Program-made: the position numbers and the translations under genes | Notes under the pieces: generated by a model | Databases searched by the model: none | What the model was told of the DNA's origin: nothing | What the model saw: only the letters and a program-made list of their open reading frames with translations | Part shown: piece by piece, positions 21,293 through 31,563 of the stretch | How positions within the stretch are numbered: the first letter of the stretch is position 1 | Layout of the letters: each line of letters opens with the position of its first letter | From: a candidate division WS6 bacterium OLB20 | GTDB taxonomy: Bacteria > Patescibacteriota > Dojkabacteria > B142 > OLB20 | Direction of reading: 5' to 3' | Assembly: GCA_001567355.1 (NCBI GenBank) | Contig: JYNZ01000002.1 | Span: forward strand, 71,477 to 135,476 | DNA length: 64,000 bases

Positions 21293-22557
21293 TTGCCGTT
21301 GTTGACTGTAACAACTTTTTTGTTTCCTGCGAGCGTGTGTTTCACCCGAGGCTTCGTAACAAGCCGGTAGCTGTTGCTTCCAATAATGACGGCTGTATTG
21401 TCGCCAGGTCCCAGGAGGTGAAGGCACTGGGTATTCCAATGGGTGCTCCCGCGTTTAAGTGGAAGGATGTGCTGCAGCGCCATGATGTCAAAGTATTTTC
21501 AGGTAACTTTCCGCTGTATGGTGATATGTCCCGGCGTGTAATGAGTATTCTGCATGAGGTCGCGCCTGAGGTCGAAGTGTACTCAATTGATGAAGCGTTT
21601 CTTGATTTTGAGGGGTATTACAAAACAGATCTGCTTGAGTACTGTCGCGAGGTGCGTGCGCAGATCCTCAACTGGACAGGTATACCTGTCAGCATAGGTG
21701 TGGGACCGACCAAGACCATTGCCAAGGCGGCAGCGGATATTGCCAAGAAAAACCCCGAACTCGCCGGAATCGCAGGCACAGAGACACCTGGTTTTGATAA
21801 TTATCTCGAACGGCTTCCTGTCGGTGATATTTGGGGGGTGGGCAGAGCATTTACCCGCCAGTTGCAGAGCAGAGGTATTTTTACCGCAGGTGATCTGCGC
21901 AGGCTGTCGCTGACATGGGCACGGCAGCGCCTGGGCGTTGTCGGGCAGCGTACCCTGCTTGAACTTAAAGGCATCAGGTGTTTTGACCTGCAGCATGAGG
22001 TCCCCACACGTAAGGGAATTATTGCCTCCAGATCTTTTGGCACAATGGTTGAAGACAGGGATTCGCTGGCACAGTCGATCGCCCTTCATGCAACCCGTGC
22101 CGGTGAACGTCTGCGTAAAGACGGTTCTGTTGCAGGAGTTGTGCAGGTTGTCATTATGACAAACCGGCACCGCCAGGATCTGGCACAGTATTTTTCGAGT
22201 GCAACCTGCCGTCTGCTGCAGCCCAGCTCGTACACGCCTGACCTGATTGGTGCAGCTCATCGTGCCCTTGACCGGATCTACCGGTCGGGTTTCCTCTACA
22301 AGAAGAGCATGGTGATGCTGCATGACATTACGCCTCAGGACCAGATTCAGCTAAGTATGTTCCATACCTATAAGGACCGGCCGCGCGAGGCGCTGCTGAT
22401 GCAGGCGGTTGATAAGCTTAATACCCGGTTTGGCCGCACGCGCCTCCAGTACGCGGCAAGCGGAATTACAACCAGGAAGAAGTGGCACCCCCGCCGCGAG
22501 CATGCATCACAACGCTTTACGACAAGCTGGCAGGAGCTGCCGGTGGCATATCTGTGA
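21289..22557 (+). CDS. umuC: Y-family DNA polymerase (UmuC-like)
   Basis: MIAVVDCNNFFVSCERVFHP...SIDEAFLD... Y-family N-terminal palm motifs. Overlaps the umuD stop. Confidence 0.8.
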   Translation: MIAVVDCNNFFVSCERVFHPRLRNKPVAVASNNDGCIVARSQEVKALGIPMGAPAFKWKDVLQRHDVKVFSGNFPLYGDMSRRVMSILHEVAPEVEVYSIDEAFLDFEGYYKTDLLEYCREVRAQILNWTGIPVSIGVGPTKTIAKAAADIAKKNPELAGIAGTETPGFDNYLERLPVGDIWGVGRAFTRQLQSRGIFTAGDLRRLSLTWARQRLGVVGQRTLLELKGIRCFDLQHEVPTRKGIIASRSFGTMVEDRDSLAQSIALHATRAGERLRKDGSVAGVVQVVIMTNRHRQDLAQYFSSATCRLLQPSSYTPDLIGAAHRALDRIYRSGFLYKKSMVMLHDITPQDQIQLSMFHTYKDRPREALLMQAVDKLNTRFGRTRLQYAASGITTRKKWHPRREHASQRFTTSWQELPVAYL

Positions 22558-22585
22558 TATAATGATTATAGATTAAGAGGATACA

Positions 22586-23674
22586 ATGTCTGGTGAGTTT
22601 AATCTACCGGAACTGGAATCTGCACACGCTGCTGGCCGCGGAGAACTGCTGGGCAGGATTGTTGAGCGTGTGAGACGTCATATTGCAAATGAGCATGATC
22701 GTGAGCAGCTGCGACCCCGTAAACTGCTCGGACTTATGACCAAGTTTGCCATGGAGGTCGGCAATATGGTGAAGCCGATTGATCGCGGGCCGATAGTCTC
22801 AGGAGGAACGCTGGTGCAGGATGACAATTTCGTTGTCTATCAGCTGTACCGCAAAGCCCAGGAGGGAGATACAAGAGACTACAGAGCAGCCGGGGCACTG
22901 ACATACTTTCCTGCAGGATTGAATCTTCGTATTGAACCGTTTCTGAAGCGGACGCAGTCTATCGAGTCATATGTCAGACAGCGCGCTGTAAATCATCCCG
23001 GGACTGTAGCATGTATTGACGGGCCGACATTCCGCCTGCGGCAGCTGGGGCAGATTCTGGAGGATCACCCCGGGTACGCATCATACCTGATGAGCAGGCA
23101 CCCCCTGGCGACAGAGGCTGAAGTGCCAAGTGACTGGCTTATGATTAACGGTCAGGAAATGGTACCTATGCATGGCAGTGAAGGGCATCAGCGCGGTGCC
23201 ATCTATCAGCCCCGCTCCGGAGCAGCTGTAATTCTCAGCGAGCATGAAGCTGTTGCAATGAAAGATGCCGGTGAGCTGCGGGAGGGTATTGTGCTTGGTA
23301 CACCAGGATTTCTGACTCTGACAACAGATAGCGACGAACTTGCATCCATCAGCGTGGCATTAAACGGACGTATCCAGAATTATTCTGCCTTTGCAGAATT
23401 ATATGGTGACAACGATACGCTTTACGGTTATATCTACCTTAACCTGCAGAGGCTTACCCTGGAGGAGTTCCATTCGGTACTTTCGGGATATGCAGACTGT
23501 ATTCTGGAACAGCAGGGTACAAAAGACAAGACTATGCGAGCTGTTCTGCTGGAGCTGGAAGACAGTATGGCAATAGTGATAAAAGACGGTAAGCCTGTAA
23601 AAGCAGGTCAGGACCCTGAAAGTTCATCACATACTCGTAATTTTCATCTTATTCTTGAACATTCAGGTTCATAA
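22586..23674 (+). CDS. hypothetical protein (362 aa), fourth gene of the lexA-umuDC transcription unit
   Basis: 28 nt after umuC on the same strand; no recognisable domain. Confidence 0.5.
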   Translation: MSGEFNLPELESAHAAGRGELLGRIVERVRRHIANEHDREQLRPRKLLGLMTKFAMEVGNMVKPIDRGPIVSGGTLVQDDNFVVYQLYRKAQEGDTRDYRAAGALTYFPAGLNLRIEPFLKRTQSIESYVRQRAVNHPGTVACIDGPTFRLRQLGQILEDHPGYASYLMSRHPLATEAEVPSDWLMINGQEMVPMHGSEGHQRGAIYQPRSGAAVILSEHEAVAMKDAGELREGIVLGTPGFLTLTTDSDELASISVALNGRIQNYSAFAELYGDNDTLYGYIYLNLQRLTLEEFHSVLSGYADCILEQQGTKDKTMRAVLLELEDSMAIVIKDGKPVKAGQDPESSSHTRNFHLILEHSGS

Positions 23675-25175
23675 AGGCAGCTCCCACTTCATCCAGCAGA
23701 TCAGAGGCCCGCATAGCAAGCTGAGAATGTTTCTGTGCCGCGATGTCTCCAGCCAGTCCATGAATGTATGCACCAAGAATTGCTGCTTCCTCCGGTGACC
23801 AGCCCTGCGCTATCAGTCCAGTGATTATTCCAAGTAAGGCATCGCCTGTGCCGGCTGTAGCCATACCCGGATTGCCGCTGGAGTTGAAATGAACCTGTCC
23901 GCTTGCGAGCGCAACCATTGTATAGTGACCTTTGAGGACAACCGTGATGTTATGTGTTGCCACAAAGCCCTGCAACGCATCAAGAAGCTCAAATCCATCT
24001 CTCCATGAGCCAGCCAGGCGTTCAAATTCACCTGCATGAGGTGTAAGTACCGTTCCGGGTGGCAGCATGTCCAGCATCTCAGGTTCATCAGCCAGAATGT
24101 TTAACGCGTCTGCGTCCAGGACAAGCTTTGTATCAAGCTCGGATCGGGCGAGCAGATCCTCAAGCATTTCTGCAGTATCATGATGAGTGCCGATCCCCGG
24201 ACCGATCCCCGTTACAGTAAAACGGTCTGGATCAAAACCGCTGTCGGTGATGATGGTTTTACTACCGTCTGCCAGAACCATAACTTCTGGAAGAGCGTTC
24301 AGCAAAATATCATGCGCGGCTGCCGGAACTCGTGCACTGACCTTGCCGCTTCCGGCTACCAGAGCTCCCCGGGCAGCCAGTACAGCAGCGCCATAGGTAC
24401 CTTTTGCTCCTGCAATGATGTAACTGTGTCCATAGTCGCGTTTGTCACTGAACACCCTGCGAATGTTTGTTCTCAGCAGTTTGCCGGCTACCTCCCTTGT
24501 GGTCCAGTAGAACTGTCCTGGCAGCTCCTCCATAAATTTATGACTGATGCCGGTATGAGCAATATCAAAGCTGCCGACAAAATCCTCGTTGTCACGCAGC
24601 AGAAAGGCAAGGGGAGGACGCTCGAATGTGATCACATGATCAGCTGCGACTGCAATTCCGTCCGTACGTTCATCCATCAGCATGCCGCTTGGCACATCAA
24701 TTGATACAGTAAGACCTTCGTGTGAGTTAATATGTGTAATTACTGTTGCAAGCAGGGAGTCGTCAGCCACAGCACCGCTGATTCCGCTTCCGAGGAGCGC
24801 ATCCACGATTATGGTGTCCTTATTGTGCTCCGGCAGAGTGCTCTGATCTGTCAGTTCGTAAACAGGAACTGTCTGCATTGCGCGCAGACGTTCCGCCTGT
24901 GCGGAAAACTGTTTTGATGTATCCTTGCGATGGTTGACAATAAACACGCGCGGATCATATGCACGTTTTTTAAGAAGTCTGGCAACCGCAAGTCCGTCAG
25001 CCCCGTTGTTACCCTGGCCGCAGTAAATCTGAATCCTGCTTCCACGTTCGCAGCGACTGATCAGGTATTCACTGACTGCCTTTGCGGCACGTTCGATTAA
25101 TGTCTGCTCGGGCGTCCCTCCCGCAATTGTAAAGTTATCAGCGTCTTTTCGCTGTGCTGCAGTAAGAATCTTCAT
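23649..25175 (-). CDS. nnr: bifunctional NAD(P)H-hydrate repair enzyme Nnr (epimerase plus ADP-dependent dehydratase)
   Basis: N-terminal YjeF_N (IYCGQGNNGADGLAVARLL) and C-terminal carbohydrate-kinase-like domain (GPGIG...GNPGMATAGTGD). Start chosen at MKILTAAQ (25175) rather than the longer track ORF. Confidence 0.8.
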   Translation of the reverse strand: MKILTAAQRKDADNFTIAGGTPEQTLIERAAKAVSEYLISRCERGSRIQIYCGQGNNGADGLAVARLLKKRAYDPRVFIVNHRKDTSKQFSAQAERLRAMQTVPVYELTDQSTLPEHNKDTIIVDALLGSGISGAVADDSLLATVITHINSHEGLTVSIDVPSGMLMDERTDGIAVAADHVITFERPPLAFLLRDNEDFVGSFDIAHTGISHKFMEELPGQFYWTTREVAGKLLRTNIRRVFSDKRDYGHSYIIAGAKGTYGAAVLAARGALVAGSGKVSARVPAAAHDILLNALPEVMVLADGSKTIITDSGFDPDRFTVTGIGPGIGTHHDTAEMLEDLLARSELDTKLVLDADALNILADEPEMLDMLPPGTVLTPHAGEFERLAGSWRDGFELLDALQGFVATHNITVVLKGHYTMVALASGQVHFNSSGNPGMATAGTGDALLGIITGLIAQGWSPEEAAILGAYIHGLAGDIAAQKHSQLAMRASDLLDEVGAAFMNLNVQE

Positions 25176-25230
25176 ACAGTCATTGTAGATCAAGCTCTGC
25201 AAAAGCACAAAACTGCAGTATAATCGGTAC

Positions 25231-26506
25231 ATGCAGAAGCAGAATACCGACGTGACAATCATTGGAGGTGGTGCAGCCGGGATAATGGCTGCAATCACAC
25301 TTAAAAGAAAATACCCTGATAAACAGGTGATACTTACAGACAGAACATTTGCCCTTGGTCGCAAGATACTGGTCTGCGGCGCAGGCAGGTGCAATATTAC
25401 TAATGTCAATCTCGAAAACGGACCCCAGGGTCATTACTACGGAGCAGAAGCCTCCTTTGTGTCAGCAGTGATGGAACGCTTTGCGTACGAAGATATCGTG
25501 AACTTTTTTGCAGACCTCGGTGTCGAAGTGTACGTGGAGCTGAAGCGCAGTATCGGAAAACTGTTCCCGGTGACCAACAGGGCTGACACAATCACCGAAA
25601 TGCTCATAGACGAGCTCAACCGTCTTGGGGTCAAAGTGTGGCTTAACAGTGAGGTTACCGGCATAACGCCTGCTGATGAAGGGTTTGACATCCAACTGTC
25701 TCATACGGTACGCGAGCAGTCACTGACTCTGAGAAGTACGGTATGTATTCTTGCCGCAGGTGGAAAAACCTATCCTGCCCTCGGTTCAAACGGCAGCGGA
25801 TATGACCTTGCAGAATCGCTCGGGCACACGATAATCGAGCCTGTACCGTCTGCGCTGCCTGTTGAAGCAGAAAACGAGCTGTCAGATAAACTGCAGGGAA
25901 TACGAGTTGAGATGGAGGCCACAGCAGTCATTGAAGGAAAAGACGGAAAACAGAGCACTGATGAGGTGATGTTTACAAAGTACGGACTGTCAGGACCCGC
26001 AATTCTCAATATCAGTCGTGAGATCTCGATTCATATCAACCGTCATGGCGGTAGCAGTGCCGGGATCCGGTTGAACGCATTTCCGGGTCTGTCAGAAGAC
26101 AACGTAATCGAACTTCTTGAGAAGCGCTGGACAAAACGGCCTGATCAACTTGTTAATGTCAGTATGTACGGCCTGTTCCCGAACAAAGTTGCAGATGTCT
26201 TCTCAGAACTTGCAGGCCTTCCAGACAGAACGTCCGGTTCTTTGACACCGGCAGAAAAAAAAGAAGCTTGTCGCAATAATGACAGAGTACACAATTCCTG
26301 TTACAGCAACCCGCACATGGAATGAGGCAGAATTTACAGCCGGTGGTGTCGACACAGTCGAAGTCAACCCGGCAACACTTGAATCACACAAGCACAAGGG
26401 ACTTTACCTCTGCGGAGAAATATTGAACGTCGATGGCGATGTCGGAGGCTACAACCTTTCATGGGCGTGGGCATCCGGCTTTGTTGCAGGTAATCTGGGC
26501 GCTTGA
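25231..26506 (+). CDS. HI0933/BaiN-family FAD-dependent oxidoreductase; apparent 1-nt indel in the A8 run 26255-26262
   Basis: DVTIIGGGAAGIMAA...ILVCGAGRCNITN at the N-terminus. The C-terminal GGVDTVEVNPATLESHKHKGLYLCGEILNVDGDVGGYNL is in the other frame (track ORF 26279..26506). Confidence 0.7.
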
Positions 26507-26560
26507 CACTCTGCAGCCTGCAGCTGTACTCTGACATGCAGGTACACTATCTATCCCGTA

Positions 26561-27502
26561 ATGGAGCTGACTACTGAGATGCTGCGAAGCAATGGAAGGC
26601 TGACGCAGGAAACAATCACTGCACGGCAGGAATATGCCGGTATGGTAATTGCAGAAGGCCTGCGGGAAGGCCGCAACTATTCAGTCTACGGACTGATGGG
26701 CGGAGGCAAAACAGGTACTCTTGGTGTCGTTTGCCGTCTTATTCCTGATCTTGTCATGTTTAAACTCGCAGGTGCACAGCGGGGCAACGAGCAGGAAAAC
26801 TCCATCTGGCAGAGAAACGGTGCTCCGATAACCGGTGACGTCAGGCCAGTCAAATCAATCGCAGATGTTTACCAGCAGATCTGTTCAGGACTTGTCAGAC
26901 CGGGGACACCGATCAGTCTTAATGAGGCACAGTTTATGGCAGATTCGCCGGCTGATCTGATGCGCATGTATGAACTGGCTGCGAAAAACCGTAACGGAGT
27001 GTTTGCCGATTGTCTTGTGTCATGGTTTGACGGTCAGCCGAATGAAAACACAGAAGCAATTGTACACAGGTCTGATGCAGCTTTTTTCATGGCAGGATGG
27101 GACAGCTTTACCGGAGAGCCGGCTGATTTCACCATCAGACTTGTAGGAATAAAAAACGGCAGTGTGATTGAGCAGCATTCAGAAGATACATACTACCGGG
27201 GTATGACTGCAGTGCAGCGGATGCGTCTCGCAAATGCAGTTGATGTCAGTGTTTTCGGCAGTGGTCTGCGTATGATTGATCCTGACGGGCACCAGATCGG
27301 TGAGTGTACCGGCATGCCCTCGCATCACGCAGACCCGAGATACGCAATAGGAGCAAGCAGATACCGAACAGCAACTCTTGAGAATTATCACAGAATATAT
27401 GAAGCAGCTGAGATCAGCCTGCCCGCCGACAGTATCGTTCCGGCAAGTAAACTGTTCCCCCTGGCAAACCGCGTTGACTGGAATTCTGTCACTATTGATT
27501 GA
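26561..27502 (+). CDS. hypothetical protein with a P-loop-like GLMGGGKTG motif
   Basis: 313 aa. Its stop overlaps the start of the giant surface protein, so the two are probably translationally coupled. Confidence 0.4.
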   Translation: MELTTEMLRSNGRLTQETITARQEYAGMVIAEGLREGRNYSVYGLMGGGKTGTLGVVCRLIPDLVMFKLAGAQRGNEQENSIWQRNGAPITGDVRPVKSIADVYQQICSGLVRPGTPISLNEAQFMADSPADLMRMYELAAKNRNGVFADCLVSWFDGQPNENTEAIVHRSDAAFFMAGWDSFTGEPADFTIRLVGIKNGSVIEQHSEDTYYRGMTAVQRMRLANAVDVSVFGSGLRMIDPDGHQIGECTGMPSHHADPRYAIGASRYRTATLENYHRIYEAAEISLPADSIVPASKLFPLANRVDWNSVTID

Positions 27503-30500
27503 CAGGCGTTCCAGGTTTTTCTAGCATAAGGGTATCTGTTACCCGCTCTCTATTGACACTTCTGAAGAACTCTCTGCCCGTGCTGCTGATCCTCGGACTT
27601 GCAGCAATTGCGGTATTTGTTGTGCTTACTCTGGGCGAGAATATAGCCCCTGACGAATCTTCGGCCACGTTTGAATACGGAATTGTCGTCGAGCAGACCG
27701 GAGCCGGAACCGCTGACTACAAGGCAGGCGATACAGTCGAGCTCGAGATCAAGGCGCTTGTACCTCCAAATGATCCGGATGCCCCGGGTTCTGCTGAGAC
27801 TGTGATTACGTTTGACACAGGAGTCCTCGAATTTGAGGATATTACTGCTGCAGATGGAGTTCTTATGATTGAAAACACAGACACGCAGCCCGGAACAGTT
27901 GCAGCTGATTTTGTTAAGCAGGGTGAAGGCAGTTTTATCGGCGACGAAAACAATCGGGTTGTACTTGCCGTTCTCCGTTTTACGGTTCGTTCTGATCAAA
28001 ATCCTGCAGTTGCCGTTTCGGTGTCAGCTGAGTCCCGTATCGGCAATGAACCGATCTCTACTGCAAATGCTGCTATCGAGTTCCCGGTAATACTTTCGGG
28101 TACAGTGCCCGTCTGCGGCAATAACCAGTGCGACACCGGTGAAGGGTTTACCTGCCCCAGAGACTGTGCTCCATCGCCGACACCAAGCCAGACGGTAGTG
28201 GTAACCGCAACACCTGTCCAGTCAGCAGCATGTCAGAAGGCAGGAATCAATTTTGCGACTATAGTTCCCATTGGTGAGAACTACATTAACAAGGCGCGTA
28301 ATCTTAAACTGGGATACACCCTGGAACTTGCAATGAATCCGGGTCAGCTGGATGTAACAGAGGCATCTTTTCGCAGGACCATGCAGTCAGGCATGACGCC
28401 GATTCTCAGAGTCTGCTATCCCGGTGCTGAGTGTGGATTCAGCAATGTATCAACGTATGTGCAGTTTATTAATGCGCTTGCTGACAGGCTGGCAGGTGAT
28501 GGCACATTCTTCGTAATTGCTGGTCCAAACGAGCCGCTCGGTGAAAACTGGCTTGGTAATACAGAAGGTGATCCTGTCTCGACAGCTGCTGTGATTACTC
28601 CCTACATGAATGCGGTTATCAGCGGTGTAAATAAAGACAATGTAAAACTTCTTTCACCTGCTTTTAATATCACTCACCCTGAGTTTGAAAACCTGGTTGC
28701 GGCGATGACGCAAAGAGGTGCCCGTTTCTCCGAACTGGACGGGATAGCCGGTAACGGATACAACCTTGAAGGTTACAGCCTGGGAGGAACCATAACAGAA
28801 CTGATTGGCAGGGTGCGAAACACTTCACTCGGGCAGTACGATTTTTATCTGACCGAGACAGGTACATACGATTCTGAAAAAAACCCGCTCTGGACAGGGG
28901 TAAAATTACCTCATGAGCAGGCTAAGCAGAAATTCGCCCAGGAGATCACCAAGCTGAAGGCTGATGCAAAGATTAAGGCATTTCTCTTTTTTGACTCGTT
29001 TGCAAGCAATCCCGATCCGAACTTTGTCTACAACTTCTTCTCTGATGAAGAAATCAAGGCAATGATCGGTTCAGACTGCTACGGGGGTGCGCCGACTACG
29101 ACTGTGACACCATCGCTGACAGTCACACCGAGTCAGACAGCAACCGCCACTCCGTCCATGTCAGTAACCCCGACACCTGTCTGTCAGTATTTCAGTACAC
29201 AGGCGCGTGTGCAAAAGGATAGTGCTGATCCCTGGAAGCAGAATACACTCATCCAGTGCGGTCAGACATTTAATGTGGGATCGTTCCACAACGGTACTGA
29301 TCAGTTTGCCGCGGATACCATTCTTACCGTCTCCGATCCTTCGGGAGCGCTGAAACTCTATAGCAATGGTGATTCCGTACCCACTCAGCTGGAGGGCCGC
29401 TACACGTTGCGTGTCACAACCCGGGGTCAAAGCGGCGCTGCCTGTTTTGCATCTGCGTATGTGGAATGTTCAAATCAGCCTGTTGTCACTCAGTGCACAT
29501 ATCAGAATACACAGGCCCGGGTTCATAAGGATGTCACACAGGACTGGGTTCCATCAATGAAGCTCGCGTGTGGTGAGACATTTGAGGTAGGGAGCTTTCA
29601 TAATGGCACAGGGCAGTTCGCGCAGGATACACTGATAACCGTGCGCACACCTGATGGAACAACTGCAAACTATAAAAATGGTGACAAGGTTACAACAGAT
29701 ACTGCAGGTCGTTACGATGTGATCGTAACCACAGAAGGCCAGACCGGTCCTTCGTGCACTGATTCAGCATATGCGGTCTGTACCCCTGAAAATGTGATCT
29801 GTGCAGATCCCCTGCCATGTCCGACAGGCACAGTCCTGAGACCCGGAACAATGGATCCAAACGGCTGTCAGCAGTATTATTGTGCACCTCAGCCTACTCC
29901 AACTCCATCTCAGCGACCCTGTCCAACAATGCCTGTCTGCAAACCCGGAGAGATTCTTCTGCATGGCGATCCCGTGCCGGGGTCAGGTCTCTGCCCTGCG
30001 TATTTCTGCGTCCCGGCAAGTAATACCCTGACCTGCGAATCAGGATCATTTACCGAAGACTTCTCTGATCCGCTGCTGGATACACAGCTGTTCCGTGAGG
30101 AGGGTAAAGGCAGGACGACGCTTGAGGATGGAGTGGCAATCATCTCGCTTGATGTTGATACGTTTACAAACCATGTAACACACCTGCGCAAGACACTGAG
30201 CGGAAACTTCAGCCTCAGTGTCGAAGTGCTGGATGTCAACACAAACCAGCAGAATGGCGCAACAGGTGAACTGGGAATTCAGAGCCCTGCAGGACATGCC
30301 CATATCAACGTCGAAAACCGCGGTGGAGGAACAAAAATTATCGAGACAAATGTTCGTGTTGGAGATTCATGGCTGGGTTCCAGGACAGTCGATGTCAGCA
30401 GTGTCACAGAAAAGATAACGCTTACCATCGAACGGGTAAACAGCACATTGACGATGTACTACAGGATCGGTGAAGGACAACGGATGACTCTGGCACGATA

Positions 30501-31563
30501 CAGCGGATACTATTTCGGTGATGTGCAGGCACAGCTGTATTCATTTTCTAAAGGAACATTCCCCCCAAGTCAGGCTGTGTTTGACAATCTTACATTTGCC
30601 TGTCCTTCGGGTCAGAACACAACCCCTACGCTGACGCCGCGTCCAACAATAGTGGTATGTTCGCAGGATGTAATGCAATGCCCCGATGGCACCTATGTCT
30701 CGCGTGAAGCACGCCTCAACTGTGCATTTAAACCGTGTAATCCTGTACCTGCATATTGTGGTAATAAGATCTGTGAGGCAGGCGAAGCAGGGCCAGGTGG
30801 CAGCTGTCCGACTGACTGCCAGTCAGTGCGACCGACCCCAACCCCGACACCATCAGTGATTGTTACGGGCGTATCATCTCCTGTGCCTTCACAAAGTACT
30901 GCACCGACACCAACGATTACCGGTGACCCGATATGTACCGGTTACTCGTATACTGACTGGTCAGAATGCATTGACGGTAAGCGGGTTCGAACAGTGATCT
31001 CAACAGTGCCGGCTTCATGTACTGGTGGTCCCGCACCCGTCACAAAGCAGATATGCGGTGATGGTGATCTGGTCTGTCCGCAGGATATGAAAACCTGTCC
31101 TGACGGAAGTCTCGTGGCGCGAGACCCTAATAACGGCTGTCAGTTCCAGGCCTGCCCTGGTGAAAAAGCCGATTGCGTCGAAGTGCCTGACTGTGCGAAT
31201 CCAGCAGAGCCGGGTGCACCTGTCTGTCAGATTGATGGGTCAGTGAACTGGTGCCCTGGCGAATGTGTTCCCGTTCCATCGTGCGCATATGATGATAATC
31301 CATGTGCATACGCGCAGCCCGGTGTTATCTACTGCGAAAAAGTCGATGACAATGAGACTCCGGCAGGCAATGCGTGCGCGGCCGACTACGACCGGAACGG
31401 TACAGTGACTGCCCGTGACTTCGGTGTATTTGCACTCAACTACAAAAAAGACAGCATCGACTGCTCCCTTGATATCACCGGTGATGACTGCCGGCTTGAT
31501 ATCAACGATTTCCGTTTATTAGGACTTGTCTATGAAAAGGAATTATATTGTCCCGTTCCTTAG
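27499..31563 (+). CDS. giant (1,354 aa) cell-surface protein: N-terminal TM/signal, cohesin-like beta-sandwich, clan GH-A-like glycosidase TIM barrel (AGPNEP...LTETG), two tandem ~100-aa domains, Cys-rich mini-repeats, ConA-like region, C-terminal dockerin-like Ca-binding repeats
   Basis: C-terminal DYDRNGTVTARDFGVFALNY / DITGDDCRLDINDFRLL fits the dockerin pattern DxNxDGxVNxxD. PT/TPS linkers are present. Tandem repeat CQYFSTQARVQKD...AYVEC is followed by CTYQNTQARVHKD...AYAVC. The only start is a TTG at 27499. Confidence 0.6.
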   Translation: MTGVPGFSSIRVSVTRSLLTLLKNSLPVLLILGLAAIAVFVVLTLGENIAPDESSATFEYGIVVEQTGAGTADYKAGDTVELEIKALVPPNDPDAPGSAETVITFDTGVLEFEDITAADGVLMIENTDTQPGTVAADFVKQGEGSFIGDENNRVVLAVLRFTVRSDQNPAVAVSVSAESRIGNEPISTANAAIEFPVILSGTVPVCGNNQCDTGEGFTCPRDCAPSPTPSQTVVVTATPVQSAACQKAGINFATIVPIGENYINKARNLKLGYTLELAMNPGQLDVTEASFRRTMQSGMTPILRVCYPGAECGFSNVSTYVQFINALADRLAGDGTFFVIAGPNEPLGENWLGNTEGDPVSTAAVITPYMNAVISGVNKDNVKLLSPAFNITHPEFENLVAAMTQRGARFSELDGIAGNGYNLEGYSLGGTITELIGRVRNTSLGQYDFYLTETGTYDSEKNPLWTGVKLPHEQAKQKFAQEITKLKADAKIKAFLFFDSFASNPDPNFVYNFFSDEEIKAMIGSDCYGGAPTTTVTPSLTVTPSQTATATPSMSVTPTPVCQYFSTQARVQKDSADPWKQNTLIQCGQTFNVGSFHNGTDQFAADTILTVSDPSGALKLYSNGDSVPTQLEGRYTLRVTTRGQSGAACFASAYVECSNQPVVTQCTYQNTQARVHKDVTQDWVPSMKLACGETFEVGSFHNGTGQFAQDTLITVRTPDGTTANYKNGDKVTTDTAGRYDVIVTTEGQTGPSCTDSAYAVCTPENVICADPLPCPTGTVLRPGTMDPNGCQQYYCAPQPTPTPSQRPCPTMPVCKPGEILLHGDPVPGSGLCPAYFCVPASNTLTCESGSFTEDFSDPLLDTQLFREEGKGRTTLEDGVAIISLDVDTFTNHVTHLRKTLSGNFSLSVEVLDVNTNQQNGATGELGIQSPAGHAHINVENRGGGTKIIETNVRVGDSWLGSRTVDVSSVTEKITLTIERVNSTLTMYYRIGEGQRMTLARYSGYYFGDVQAQLYSFSKGTFPPSQAVFDNLTFACPSGQNTTPTLTPRPTIVVCSQDVMQCPDGTYVSREARLNCAFKPCNPVPAYCGNKICEAGEAGPGGSCPTDCQSVRPTPTPTPSVIVTGVSSPVPSQSTAPTPTITGDPICTGYSYTDWSECIDGKRVRTVISTVPASCTGGPAPVTKQICGDGDLVCPQDMKTCPDGSLVARDPNNGCQFQACPGEKADCVEVPDCANPAEPGAPVCQIDGSVNWCPGECVPVPSCAYDDNPCAYAQPGVIYCEKVDDNETPAGNACAADYDRNGTVTARDFGVFALNYKKDSIDCSLDITGDDCRLDINDFRLLGLVYEKELYCPVP

